Source of the DNA: Azolla caroliniana
Taxonomy: Eukaryota > Plantae > Polypodiophyta
Length of the DNA: 64,000 nucleotides
NCBI GenBank assembly: GCA_043228905.1
Contig: JBHGNT010000001.1
Coordinates: forward strand, 28,830,001-28,894,000
Direction of reading: 5' to 3'
Part shown: piece after piece, positions 36,901-49,500 of the stretch
Layout of the letters: each line of letters opens with the position of its first letter
Numbering within the stretch: position 1 is the first letter of the stretch
Notes under the pieces: model-generated
The model's database searches: none
What the model was told of the DNA's origin: nothing
Seen by the model: the letters and a program-made list of their open reading frames with translations, nothing else
Translations under genes and position numbers: made by a program

Positions 36901-38875
36901 CCGATTCCGATTATGGCACAATGTTGCGAGTTCCCGACTCGAACTTAGTTGGAGTGCGAGTCCGAGTATTGCCAAAACTGAGATCGGTGAGGTGTCACAT
37001 GATACGATGCGCCCGAGTCCAGGAGCCATGTGCTCGATTCCTCAGTCGTAAGCAGAACTTCTGATTCGACTAGGTTCTCTATGGACAGTATGTTCGGGTG
37101 GGTCATCAAAATTTCGGCTGAAGAGCCGACGTAGTTGACCTCCTCATGCCGGCTACTCTTCTAATCCGCTCTCTGAGCTTTGTCAGTATTTGCTTTGAGT
37201 GCCCGACAATTGGCTTTGATATGTCCCGGTTTCTTGCAGTAGTTGCAAATTCAGTTGTCCCGGGACTTGCTCCGGCTTGGCTGATTGTTCGGCGGTCAGG
37301 AAGAACTTCTTCCCCGGTTGTTCGATCGATCGGTCGAACCTCGTACTACGTAAGCTTCATTTGTCGAGTCTTTGGTGAAAGACTTTCTCCGAGCTGCTTC
37401 AGTCAGGATTGTGCTCGTGATCTTAGAGTACTTAATGGCAGTTGTTGAAGCATTCCACACGGTTGTGACGAAAGTTTCCCAAGAAGAGGGGAGACTATTC
37501 ATGAGTATCATTGCTTTAAGTTCATCCTCTATTGTTGTCCCCTGAGACGATATTTGGGAGCTTAGGCTTTCGTACTCGTTGAGGTGTGCTTGAACTGAAT
37601 CAGATTCTTTCATCCGCAAGTTGTAGAGGCGCCGGATCAGATACATCTTCATTGCGGCGACCTTCTTTTCATAAGTTTCCGACAGTGTTTTCCAAAGTTC
37701 AAAAGTTGTCGAGCATGATTGCACTGTGAAGTACACTGACTCCGACAAGTGCATCTGAATTGTGACGCGGACGATTCTGTCCAGCTTTAGCCACTTGTTT
37801 GCCTTGTATGCTTCTGGAGGGTTTTCATTCTTAATCAGGTCTATTTGACCCTTCACTATGAGATCGTCCTGCATTTGTTCCTTCCAGAAGTTGAAGTTCG
37901 AACCGTCGAACCTCCTTAGACTCATCTCCGATGAGCCGGATGTTGATGCCATCTGATTCGGTTTTGGTTGGTAAGACTATGTTCGGAGTTGATTGGGAAC
38001 CTTAGTTGGGTGCAGCCGGTTGGCTCACCCGATATCGTTCTAGTCAATCTTGAACTCAAGTCGGTTTGGTTTTAGATACTTGTTTGCTAAACCTTCTTGG
38101 AGTGACTCTGATTAGCTTCCGATTGTATGCCGAATACCGATCACAAGAGACCGATTGTTTAGGCCGATTCTGCTTCGGATGACTACAACGATGAGAGGGA
38201 CGGATCCAACTAATCCTCCTGAATGTCGATCAGCCGAATGAAGCACGAATTTAGTTGTTGCCTGGAGACCAATTTGCAGCGGGTGGTTACAACAAGCGGG
38301 TGAATAGCATCCAATGACCTATTCAAATGTTGTTTAACCAAATGAAGCACGATTGGGTTGAGTGTTTCACAAGGAGCTCACCTCAAGTGGTTACAATCAT
38401 AGGAACATAGTACAACCGGCTAGCTTACTCCAATTAGTGATTTAACACAATGAGATGCAGAATTCTTGTTTGTCTTCTCTCTTCTCTGTTCTTCAAGAAA
38501 AACATAAACAGAGTGTTGTGTGGTGTATTATGACGACCAATAGCAGGTTGAAGAACCTCCAACGCTCTGATACCAAATGTTGGGGACAAGGTCGTCAGTG
38601 CGGAAGAACAAACAACATATGTGATGTTGAAGGACCTGTGTATGAGAATGAACAAGATACACACACACACACACAGAGATCGGCACAAAGAAACGTTTTA
38701 TTTTTCAATAACAACAATTACAAATGACAACCACCCTTTACCAAAGGTTACAAAGTCACTTTATATAGTGACTATCCTAGGGCAACTGCCCTTTATACTA
38801 TTAACAGAAATAGCCCAAACTTGGGTTGTCCCAAGGGACAGTGTGAATACGGCCATTATACACTTGTATTTGACA
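32620..38875 (-). mobile_element. Ty1/copia element E, full length but mutated, nested between gag and protease of element C
   Basis: LTRs 38578-38875 (5') and 32620-32933 (3'), PBS GCTCTGATACCA (reverse, iMet) at 38564-38575, PPT at 32934-32941. Gag 37952-37296, protease WLLDSGASYH, integrase, RT (YKARLVAKGF, QLDVKTTFLHG) and RNase H (KHIDVRYHFVRD). TSD ACGAC/ACGGC. Confidence 0.93.
33760..34572 (-). mobile_element. Solo LTR of the A/B gypsy family inserted in the RT/RNase H region of copia E
   Basis: Ends are the reverse complements of TGTCGTGAAGAA and ...AACGCGACA of LTR A. Perfect 4-bp TSD CCGT at 33756-33759 and 34573-34576. Splits the copia motif VATR|PDI. Confidence 0.9.
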
Positions 38876-41800
38876 ACGGCCTCAAGCCCAACCAACACCT
38901 CCAATTCAGAAAATGTATGGTTTGTCGACTTGGGTGCATCCAATCACATGACATCTCATAAAGATTGGTTCCGAGATCTACGAAAGCCCGAACGACCCGA
39001 CTATGTGGAAATTGGGGATGACACAATTCGCCCCATTCAATATGTCGGTAATGTCCCATTTGGCGAAGAGGACAACTAGACCTACATCCCCAACGTCATG
39101 CATGTTCTAACAATGACGAAGAATTTGGTCTCGGTGGGCTAGATTGTAGAACAAGGCATGCAAGTTCGGTTTAACGACAGAGGATGCTTCATAGAAAAGG
39201 AAGGTCAAATTATCGCTCGCGGTTGAATAGAAGGTCAGATGTTCATCCTCGATTCTCATGAGATGAAATCGGCGATGTTTGCCAAGGGCCCTGGAGTGAG
39301 CGCCAATATAGAGTTGTGGCACAAAAGAATCGATCACATCAATCTCCAGAAGCTCAAATGAATGCAATCGAAAGGAGTCGTCATCAGACTCCCAACTTTT
39401 ACCGAGAAGAAGATTGCATTTGTATGCGAAGTCTGCCATTTCGGCAAGCAACATCGACAACCGTTCCCGAGAGAGAGGAACATGAGCAAAGGGATCTTGG
39501 ATGTAGTACATTCAAATGTATGGGAACTAGCCCAAACAACAACATTTGGTGGTTGCCGGTATTATGTGACGTTCATTGACGACCTCTCGAGGCACACCTA
39601 GATATTCCCAATGCGATAGAAGAGCAAATTGTTCTCACACTTCTAGAAATTCAAAAATGAAGTTGAAACAACAATCGGTCGTCATGTACGGTGCCTTTGA
39701 TCGAATGGCGGTAAAGAGTACGTCTCCGACGCCTTCACAACATACCTTCGACAAGAAGGAAAACAACAAGAGTTTACTTACTGACACACGCCTCATCAAA
39801 ATGGAGTAGCCGAACAAAAGAATCGGCACATCCTCCAAGTGGCAAGGGCAATGATGAATGAGAAACATCTACCAAAATCATGTTGGGCTGAAGCGGCGAA
39901 CACGACCGTCTATCTAATGAATTGTTGCACAACATTCGGAGTGCACGATATTACCCCCCATGAGAGGTTCTATGGAAAGAAACCAGACTTATCACACATC
40001 AGGATATTTGGCTCTATCGCATCGTACACATTCCCGATGAAAAGCGGCAAAAGCTTGATCCAAATTTGGAGAAGTGTATCCTCGTGGGGTACTCGCTCGA
40101 ACAAAAGGGGTATAAGTGGTTCAACCCCTCTACCAAGAATGTACAAGTCAGTAGGGATGTCATATTCGACGAATCGGCATCCCGGTACTCAATCGACTCA
40201 GCTCCATCCTACCCAATCAAAACCAATTTCGAAATAGACTCAGAGGAGGATGATCGACTTAGGTGTACAACAGAGGGAGTGACCACATGAGCCATCGAGT
40301 GACCACACCACATCGCGGCCAAGTCCGAAATCAGACAAAGGAAAGGCCAAAATGCCTGAGTACGAAGACTTAGATGGAAACGAATCAACAATGTGTGTGG
40401 TGGATTGGAAGTTCTTATCATGAGGACACCAGGAGGCAAGAAAGTGTTCATGAACACGAATGAACAACCACATCGCTCCACCCGAGAAAAGAACATAGTC
40501 AATCGATTCAGCTACAATGACTACATGGCATACCATTATGCATTCATGATCAAGTGGCGACAGTTCGAGAGCCGCAAAAATTTTCCGAAGTTGTGATGGG
40601 TCGAAGAAATGAATGAGGAGATGCAAGCACTCTCCAAAAATGAGACGTGGGATCTCGTCCCCTCTTCACCCCATCAAAAGGCAATTGGATGTCGATGGAT
40701 ATTCATGGTGAAGCACAATGCCAACGACACTGTCAATTGGTATAAGGCCCAGCTTCTAGCAAAAGGCTACACACAGACACACAGTGTCGATTACAAAGAT
40801 ACCTTTGCCCAGTAACAAAGATGACTACCATTCGAACTGTGATCGCGCTTGCTACAACCAAAGGGTGGCACCTCCACCAAATGGACGTAAAGAACGCCTT
40901 TCTTCAAGTCGAGCTAGAAGAGGAGGTGTACATGGTACAACCACTCGGTTTCAAGTCGAGCACACACCTGCAAGCGGTATGCTAACTCAATAAGCCTCTC
41001 TATAGCCTCAAGTAGGCACCTAGAGCATGGCATTAGAAAATAACTCAATATCTTTACCAAATCAGCTTCAAAATGTCCAAGTTTGACAACTCATTGTTCA
41101 TCAAGAGCGACTCTAGAGGACATGTATTTATTATAATATATGTGAATGACTTGGTCATCAGAGGGCAATACTTAGCAAACATTAATCATATCAAAAGGCT
41201 TATCCCTAGCCGATTTGAAATGAGAGACATGAAGGAGCTCGAAGGGTACACCTATGTTGATTGGGCCGGTTATAAAGCCGACAGACGATCCACATCGGGC
41301 TTCGTCTTCTCCTTCAGCAGCGGAGCCATATCTTATGAGTAGCAAGAAGTAGCCGACAGTCACACTATTGAGCACAGAAGCCAAATACAGGGGCGCGACC
41401 GTTGTTGCATGCGAAGCCATTTTGCTGAAAAGAATCTTGAAGGATCTGGGTGTTCCCATCATGGATCTGATTCTCCTTTACTACGACAATATGAGTAGTA
41501 TTCATCTGGCTCGGAACCTAATCTTTCACGTTCGGACCAAGCACATTGAGGTGCATTATCAATTTATCTGAGAGCGTGTCCTAGCTAGAGATGTCGACTT
41601 GCAACGCATAAGTATGAATATGCAAACAACTAACATCTTCACGATGGGCAAGTTGTGGCAGTTCACAATGAACGTAGGTCTCTCAACCACCGGCTGCCGA
41701 GCTTGAGGGGGAGTGAGGAGCAGTCGTCTGACACGATGTCAAACGACGCAGAACGATCAGAAGAGGGAGTCGGCTATCTGTAGCCGAAGCTGACCCCAAG

Positions 41801-42583
41801 ATTAGACCATCCGAACCAACTATTCGGCAACCGGAAGTTACGTTTAAAGGGGCGTGTTGAGAATCAATCTCAACATCCCTAGTGTTTGAACACACCTTAG
41901 TATACTTAAGCAAGTGAACACCTCACCTCCTAACATATAGTAACTAGTGTGTCACAGAACTTTAAGTCCTATGGCACATATTTCATAAATAGTTAAGACT
42001 CCACCTCTTTCCCAAGAGGCGGTCTTAGTGAGAGAACTTAGAGAGAATGTGACTACATAAGCACCTTCTCCTTCTCTTTGTAATACTTGGTTGGTTCATT
42101 CTTGCTTATTGTTAATACAATTTTCTTGTTTTCTTGTTTTCTTGTTTTCTGTAATACAATTATTTGAGCATGCATGTGTCAAAGCCCACCTTTTGTATTG
42201 AATAAAGTGGATACCTTAGATATCCCACTCACTCTCCCATCTTTACTAGATTTTCCTACCTTCTATGTGTACTTCCATGAAAGTTCTAGTGGTCCCATGT
42301 GCATTAATGTCCACATCTTTAATGGTCACTAGAGATAAAAAGTATAATATACACCTCATTATCGAGTCTTGAGTCTTGTAACGAGAAAGTAGTGAGAGGG
42401 TCATTCCCTATAAAGGATATGGTTAATAATTAGGGGAATAGTTGTAACTCGGAGCTCGATGATTGTGTCATCATTCCTTACTTTCTTGATAATGTTTTAG
42501 CCTTCGTGTATATAGACTTTTTAGTTCTCTATCTCTATCTACATGTTAGAGAAATAATTTATTTACTATGTATGGAACTATAT

Positions 42584-43622
42584 TGTGGTGTGCATGTGTT
42601 CCTTTGTGCCACCCTTTTATCACACCCTTTTTAGGATGCATGTACCTAAGTTGACCCACCCTTTTAGCACACCCTTTTTAGCTAAGCCAACCCAAATGGG
42701 TATCTTTGTATCAACTATAAATCGAGTAAGAAGTAATAAGCTAACTAGGTTGGTTTTGATCTTTTATGTGCATTTCACATATTGGTGGAGATGTGGAGCA
42801 ACAGTCCCCCACATCCATGCATCCACCTCTTCCCCCTTACCTTAGTGTGCCCACTAACTTCTTGTCCCACAAGTTTCCCCGATCCCCCTCCTACACGATA
42901 GCCCTCTTGTCCCCCACCTCAGCCAAGTCCAAGTGGTCCCTAGTCCACTGGAGCGATTTATCTATATCCACCAATTGCTAGTTGGTTTTCCGTCACTTGC
43001 CCCGTCCAACTATTATTTGATCAGGGCCTCCAGTTCCATGGGGATGTCCTCAACATCGTTGCAGCTCAACTAGGTGTCCAGCAGGTGCTTAAGTCCCCAT
43101 ACCATCCTCAGACAAATGGCCTCACCGGACGCCTCAACAAGACCCTCAAGAAGGAGAGTGCCACTTACATCGATCCATGCAACAAAACCTGGGATCAACT
43201 CTTGCCTTTCGTCACCCACGCCTACAATACATCCATACAAGCGTCGACATGGATCTACCCTTTTTGAGCACTCTATGGGCGTAACCCTAGCTTCCCACCA
43301 GAATCGTCCATTGATGTCCATTTGAAACTTGCCATCATGGATAGCGCCACTTGGGGGGCTCTATCTCCAACATATGCACCCCCTCCTTCGACAAGCCACT
43401 GCTCTCGCTCATGTTCCTGCTCATCAGTCTCTTGTTTCTCTCAAGGGAGAAATGTGGTGTGCATGTGTTCCTTTGTGCCACCCTTTTTAGGATGCATGTA
43501 CCTGAGCCGACCCACCCTTTTTAGCTAGGCCAACCCAAATGGGTACCTTTGTATCGACTATAAATTGAGTAATAAGTAAGAAGCTAACTAGGCTAGTTTT
43601 GATCTCTCATGTCCATTTCACA
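42584..43622 (+). mobile_element. Miniature (TRIM-sized) gypsy-derived LTR element with an integrase remnant
   Basis: LTRs 42584-42779 and 43453-43622 (TGTGG...TTCACA), PBS TGGTGGAGATG at 42783 (tRNA-Ala-like), PPT AAGGGAGAAA and 4-bp TSD ATAT. Internal SPYHPQTNGLTGRLNKTLK...WDQLLPFVTHAYNTS integrase fragment. Confidence 0.85.
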
Positions 43623-45139
43623 ATATACATACCTTGTTCCTTAACTATTTTTATGAGTAAATAACTCCTTACCCTTGGACTGGAATTAAAATATTTTCAT
43701 TGTGGATTACTTTAACCTTCTTTGCTCATATACACCAATTCATCAATACACAATGGGATTAGCAACAAATATATACATAATGACAAGTGTGATTGCACAA
43801 GTGTTGCTAAATAGGGAGATATAAATAGAACATGGACTATTTTAGTGACTACACCATGATGAATACTAGTTGCCACAATTCATCATTTTTGTATCACCTT
43901 CAAATGCATGCTTTGTAATCATAAATGACGTGGTCTTGCCATCTCTACCACAGTCCACAAGAGGAAGTATTGTTAATTTGATTAACTTTCTCCATCATAT
44001 ATGCTCCAACACAACTTGTAATAATGTGTTGTCCAAATCCATACACCATTAATATATTTCTTTATTTTGTTGTTCTCGAGTATTATATTTGATGAGTGCA
44101 AATGCTCATTGACCGTAGTAGCATTGTAAACCTTTATTCGAATACAACATATATTTGAGAAGACTTGAGATTCTACTAAACACAGTGGTCCAAGTTGTTA
44201 TGAATCTATATGATATAATGGCATATTATTAATTCTGCATATATCGATGTTTTGGCAACTTTCAATGCTAACATTAATAGAAGCAAAGAGAAACATGCAA
44301 TGGTTTTTGGAATGTTGCATTTTAGCATTACCAATTAATCATAGGGTTTGTACAAACATGGAAGATCCATTGCAATGTAGTACGATTACCAATTTCTCCA
44401 AGATTATAAGTGACATTACCTAAAGACTCCATGCAAACATTACAAGGTTGTATACTCGTGGCGAATGGCCGTAACCAATCTTTCTAGGTAAAGATAAGTA
44501 AACTTTCTAACCAATCTTATTCATGTTCGTCATATCCTAGACTAATTGTTCATCCAACAATCCCTTTCTTTCAATCTCAGCATGCATTTCACATCCCTTC
44601 TAAATTGCTCTTGTGTTGCTAACATAAACTTTCAAGATGCCCACAAAATTGAAAGCATTTGGTCGGATGCCTCTATGCTACATCTCCGCAAAGCTCTTAC
44701 ATGTTTCATCACCATAACCATGTTTTGCATATCCTGTTTTTACTTTAATTGGAAGATTGTTGAACACTCATGTAAAAGGTGATTACAGATTATTGGCCTT
44801 TATCAACGGATTCTATGCCATTGCAAGCTTTAAATCAGGAAATAAATGCTATCACATCCGAAGACACTCCCTCAAGCTCTTTTCAACTCCACCTAAGAAC
44901 AACCTTTGATAAGGGCCACAATTTTTTGTGTTGAACCATGTATTACTCAACATTCCTTCAATTTTTTATGCAATTTGATACCATCATATGGCATTCCACA
45001 TCTCACATGACCCATGCTAAAGGCATTCAATAACTGGTCGTTTTGATTAGCTAGCTTCTCCAAAGCTCATTGAGCCTTAACCCTACTTCCAAGCTTCATT
45101 TCCGATAATCACACTCACTTTGTTCCTCACAATAGGAAC

Positions 45140-45378
45140 TTATTAGCCCACGGCAATGATATGACCCATCTTCCTCGTCTTTCTTATTTTTGGTTTCCCA
45201 TACTAGTGAACACTTATAGCTTTTCATATTTTTCTTGAGCAATAGCAAAGCCTGCTTCCACATGATTGCTACAAGGACTTTCATGGCCGAGTCCCCTAAT
45301 GGAAGCCCCAAGACAACACGAAGATGTTGCTCATATTGGGAACAATAACATGCTTCACTAGTGTAGTGTTCACTATTT
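45140..45378 (-). pseudogene. Fragment of phosphoribosylaminoimidazole carboxylase (ADE2/PurK domain) pseudogene
   Basis: NSEHYTSEACYCSQYEQHLRVVLGLPLGDSAMK..AIM / EAGFAIAQ / VH*YGKPKIRKTRKMGHIIAVG matches the PurK ATP-grasp C-terminal motifs (SGHHTIEAC..SQFEQHLRAVLGLPLG, HWYxK...RKMGHI), with frameshifts and a stop. Confidence 0.82.
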
Positions 45379-46548
45379 TTTCCAAATAAATTATTCTTCA
45401 TTAATAGAACTTCGGTGCCTTTGAATTATCTGAAAAATTCTGGCATGCTTGGTTACTTCAACACCTACGTCAACTGTTGCATTTGTAGACACCAAACCTT
45501 CCATGATGCCCTTGCCGTTGTTTTCTTCAACATGTGTGTACAATGAGTGATTATTTCCTCGAAGAGAGAAAGTATAATCTTGTATTGAAGTTTGAAACAG
45601 GTTGTTCACAGCTTCTACACTTTGAATAAATGTGGTGCAGCCATGCCGACGGGTTCCATCAAAAGCTGGTGTCTTTGTGTAGGGTCATGTGGTATAAAAT
45701 AAAAATATAAAGGAGTACCAATGTAAGCTCTAAACCATTTGAAAAAGCTTTTCAATAAAATAATGAAGTAGCGAACATTGTAGGAGTATCATTGTCGTTG
45801 TCGTTGTCTTCCCAATGGGTAACAACATAGTAAGAACTTTGTCAATTCTGAAAATGAAGCTCCTTTTCAACTCTAACATTTCGTATCAATGTGATTGATG
45901 CACTCAATGTTTCATATAAAATATTGCCATCTTTATTGAGTTCAAGTTTAAGGGGATGACAAACTCATATCATGGCCCACCGAATTTGATACCACCCATT
46001 GTCTTTTAAAAAGGTTCAATGTCTCGTTGTATAATGATTCGGATCAAAGTTGGAGTGTCTGAGGAGCTTTGCAAGCCGTCGTGAAGGTACAATGATGGGT
46101 GAATTATTGATAAATATCGTGCCATAAGGACTTTCGAACAAATATATATTCTCATGGGATGATTTGACCAGCGGGCGATTCAAGAAGGGACACGATGAAA
46201 AGCAGCGGAAACACAAACAAAGAAGATGCACATGCCATGTTCGACGGATGGAAATGGAAAAGCTCGACGGGCAAAAGCTCGTTTGTACTTTGGTTGTAAA
46301 AAAGGGGGGGGGGGGGGGGGGGAAAGGGAGGTACATTCTCGGCGAGGGTGCAACCGAGGAAAGCGCGCAAAAAAGAAAAACAAGGCGGACCCCCCCCCGG
46401 GGCTAGTGGGCGGTCCAAGGGTAGTCAAGTAAAAGTCAAGGCAAGTGAAGTGAAGAGAAGGGCATGGGGATGGGGGGAAGGTAGTGTTAGGGTGTTAGTG
46501 AGAAGACAGTGAGTGTGTTAGGGTTAGTGGGAATGCGGCAGGTAGCTA

Positions 46549-46584
46549 AAGTTAAGTTAAGTTAAGTTAAGTTAAGTTTAGTTA
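46549..46584. repeat. (AAGTT)n pentanucleotide repeat immediately upstream of the HKT copy 2 start codon
   Basis: Directly visible, about 7 units. Confidence 0.85.
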
Positions 46585-46596
46585 AAGCAAAGAAGC

Positions 46597-49500
46597 ATGG
46601 TAGAGCAGAAGAAGAAGAAGAAGATATGGCGGCATGTGGCGGCTGCGAAGAGGCTCCTCCTCCTCCGCTGCTGGCCGGACTGGCGCCGCCTCCTGCACAC
46701 CACCTCCTCCTTCCGCTTCCTCCATGTCTCCTACTTCCTCTTCTTCTCTGTGCTGGGCGCCCTTGCCCTCTGGCTCCTGCGCCCCAGCGATGGCGCCCAT
46801 CGCTTCTCCTTCATCGACTCCCTCTTCTTCGCCGTCTCCGCCCTCTCCGTCACTGGCCTGAGCACCCTCCAGATGCACCGCCTCTCCATCCCTGCCCAAT
46901 TCGTCCTCCTCCTCCTCATGATCCTCGGCAGCCAGGTCTTCACTTCCGCCATCCCCCTCTTCATCCGCGGCGCCGTCTCCACCATCTCCATCTCCAGACT
47001 ATCGCTGGGCGCTCTCCCCAAGTTCACTCCCTCCCGCCGATTCTCCTTCGGCTCTTTCTCCAGGAACTCCGCCTCCAGATCTGGCCGCCACAAGCCAGCC
47101 CCGGAGCATCCGCCTCGGATTACCGATTTGGAAGCCTCTGGAGATGATCGTGTCGGCTCTTCATCAGAGCTCCCTCTCATTATGTCCGCCCACAAAGACC
47201 TGGATTCGATTGAGCTCCAGCCGTCGATCGATTCTCCACCACCCCATCAGCAGCCCGCCACCAAGGCAGTCAGAAGAGCTGCTTCCATGCCAGCCATGCC
47301 CAGCTTGAAATGGGCAAAGCAGATCGATTCTGGACAGCAGGAGCAAAAGAATAATGAAAATATAACCCTGAGGTTTCTGAAAACGTCCCCTTCTCCTGAT
47401 CACCCCGAGCACCCAGTTCAGAGTAATATGATCAACGCAGGGCCTCCCGTTAAAGGACTGATCGAGCAGGAAGCGCTAGCCATACTGAGCTGGTTGGTAT
47501 TCATATATTTCATACTGATGCAAGTGACCGGCTCCCTCGTCTGCTGGGCGTGCTTGTTTGGTAGCAACAGAGCGAAACATATTCTACAAGAAAGAAAGGC
47601 GAACCTGACTTTCTTTGCAGTCTTCTCTACCGTGTCATCTTTCGCCAATGCGGGTTTTACCCTATTGGACGATGGTCTGGTATCAATGCAGGAGGAATCA
47701 GCGTTCTTGTTATGGCTCTGTGTGCTGATCTTAGTGGGAAACACACTCTATGCACCCGTCATGAGAGCTGTTGTATGGGTCTTGTATAGGTTGGAGGGGG
47801 GCACCCCTTCTGATGGCGAATTGAACCCAGGGGATATCAAGACAAAGAAGAAGTTTCGGAGAAGGGCAGCTTTGCGCTATTTGCTGAATAGCCCACGCCG
47901 ATGTTTCACTCACCTTTTCCCACAGACTGAGACACTGTGGTTGGTGTTCACTGTGGCTATGTTGAACTGTATCCAAATGGCAGCCATTTGTGGGCTTGAT
48001 TGGCATGGACCTGTGTTTGACGGGCTCAAATCGAATGGCTATAAGTTTGTGAATGCTCTCTTTTCATCTGTCACCACTCGTAACGCTGGTCTGAATGTTG
48101 TCAATGTTGCTGACTTCTCGGCGCCCACCTTGGTCCTATTGGTTGTCATGATGTAAGCTTCTCTCATCACTCTCTCTATACGGTTTTCACATGAGCTCAT
48201 GGATTTCTTACATTGCTTTGAAAATTTGAATCCATGCCAAGGGTTTGGACCTAGATTTAATATCTAATATTGGAGGTATGGGCCATGCCTATATGTGCTC
48301 CAAGATTCCCGTTTGTGATTGGGATCATAGTTGGTTGTTGATGGATCACATTCATTAATTTGATAAAAACGAAAAATACGTTACATGTCACCCCTATGCA
48401 CATAATGGCACTCGTAAGGAAGAGATCCATTAGAGATTTGGCAGATTAGCAAAATAATATAGATGGGTACTTAACTGTGTTTGTCATAATTCTCTCTCTT
48501 GCATTCACGTGCCTCAATGTTCTTTCTTTACTACCACAACTCTAGTTTGATCTATGGTTAAGACAGAAAGAAGGGAGATGTGATTTGGAAGATAATAGCT
48601 TGATTGGTACAATGGTATGTTCTGTCGACCTAGTAGGGAAACGTTCACAATAGCTTTATTAAAAGTGATCCAAGTTCTGAACAACTTTCAAAAGCCTTCC
48701 TGTCCAGCCGAACGACAATCGCCAATCATGATTGTCCTATGATTGCTTGGGTATCATGGTTTCTCCACTCTTGATTGGTACAATGGTATGTTATGTCGAC
48801 CTAGTAGGGAAACGTTCACAATAGTTTTATTAACAGTGATGGTAGCAATGGGAGCAAAGTCACACGAGCATGTATGAATTCCTTAACTACCAATGCATCG
48901 TGATTGTTCGAGCCTTTCCAAATTGTAACCGACCAATGACGTTTCTCACATTTGGTGGAGTAAAAATGGTAAATTCACGTGGGTGTGAGCAAGTGACACA
49001 CATGTGCCTGAATTTTAGGCAAAATATGATTTCTTCTTCTTCGTCACAGTGTGTTGGAAGGTTGCTCTTGCTTGTTTGTATGAATCCTGAGGCACTTCTG
49101 ATTGCAAGCATCTCCTTATATTGTGGGATTCCTTACCACACCAACTATCCTGTGTGGCCTCTACAAGGTTTAGCTGAAATGCCGGTTGTGTGGGGAAAGG
49201 AAAATTGTGACTGCATTATACAATAAATTTGACAGTCCTTTAAAGAAGCGAAAGGATCCAAATCTACCATGCTATTGTATGCTCTACAACTATACACATC
49301 AATTGTCTCCAATGTAAATTGGTATTTAGCCAGCCCACTTTCGTTCTTAGTATAAACATCATTTGTGCGTATCCATCCGTCACCTCACAGTGTATGGTGA
49401 CATTATTATTGAGCTATGTTAATCACTTTGTTTTTATATTAAGAGAGATAGTTTGATATTAGCCTTAATATGAGGGATAACTACTTTCTCTTTCCTTGTT

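Larger units (their letters stand above)
30331..42152 (+). mobile_element. Ty1/copia element C (degenerate; host of nested insertions)
   Basis: 5' LTR from TGTTGAGAAT at 30331 to ~30808, PBS TGGTATCAGAG at 30810 (tRNA-iMet). Gag from 30948 (EKLDRNN..SWEYKM) is interrupted at 31482-32076 and 32620-38875. Protease WFVDLGASNHMT at ~38920, integrase ~39400-40170, RT ~40610-41240 and RNase H (KHIEVHYQFI). 3' LTR starts at 41855 and is truncated near 42152. Confidence 0.9.

Noticed and set aside
43700-46400. Possible DNA transposon remnant around the ADE2 fragment
   Set aside because: No transposase motif, TIR or TSD could be identified by eye.
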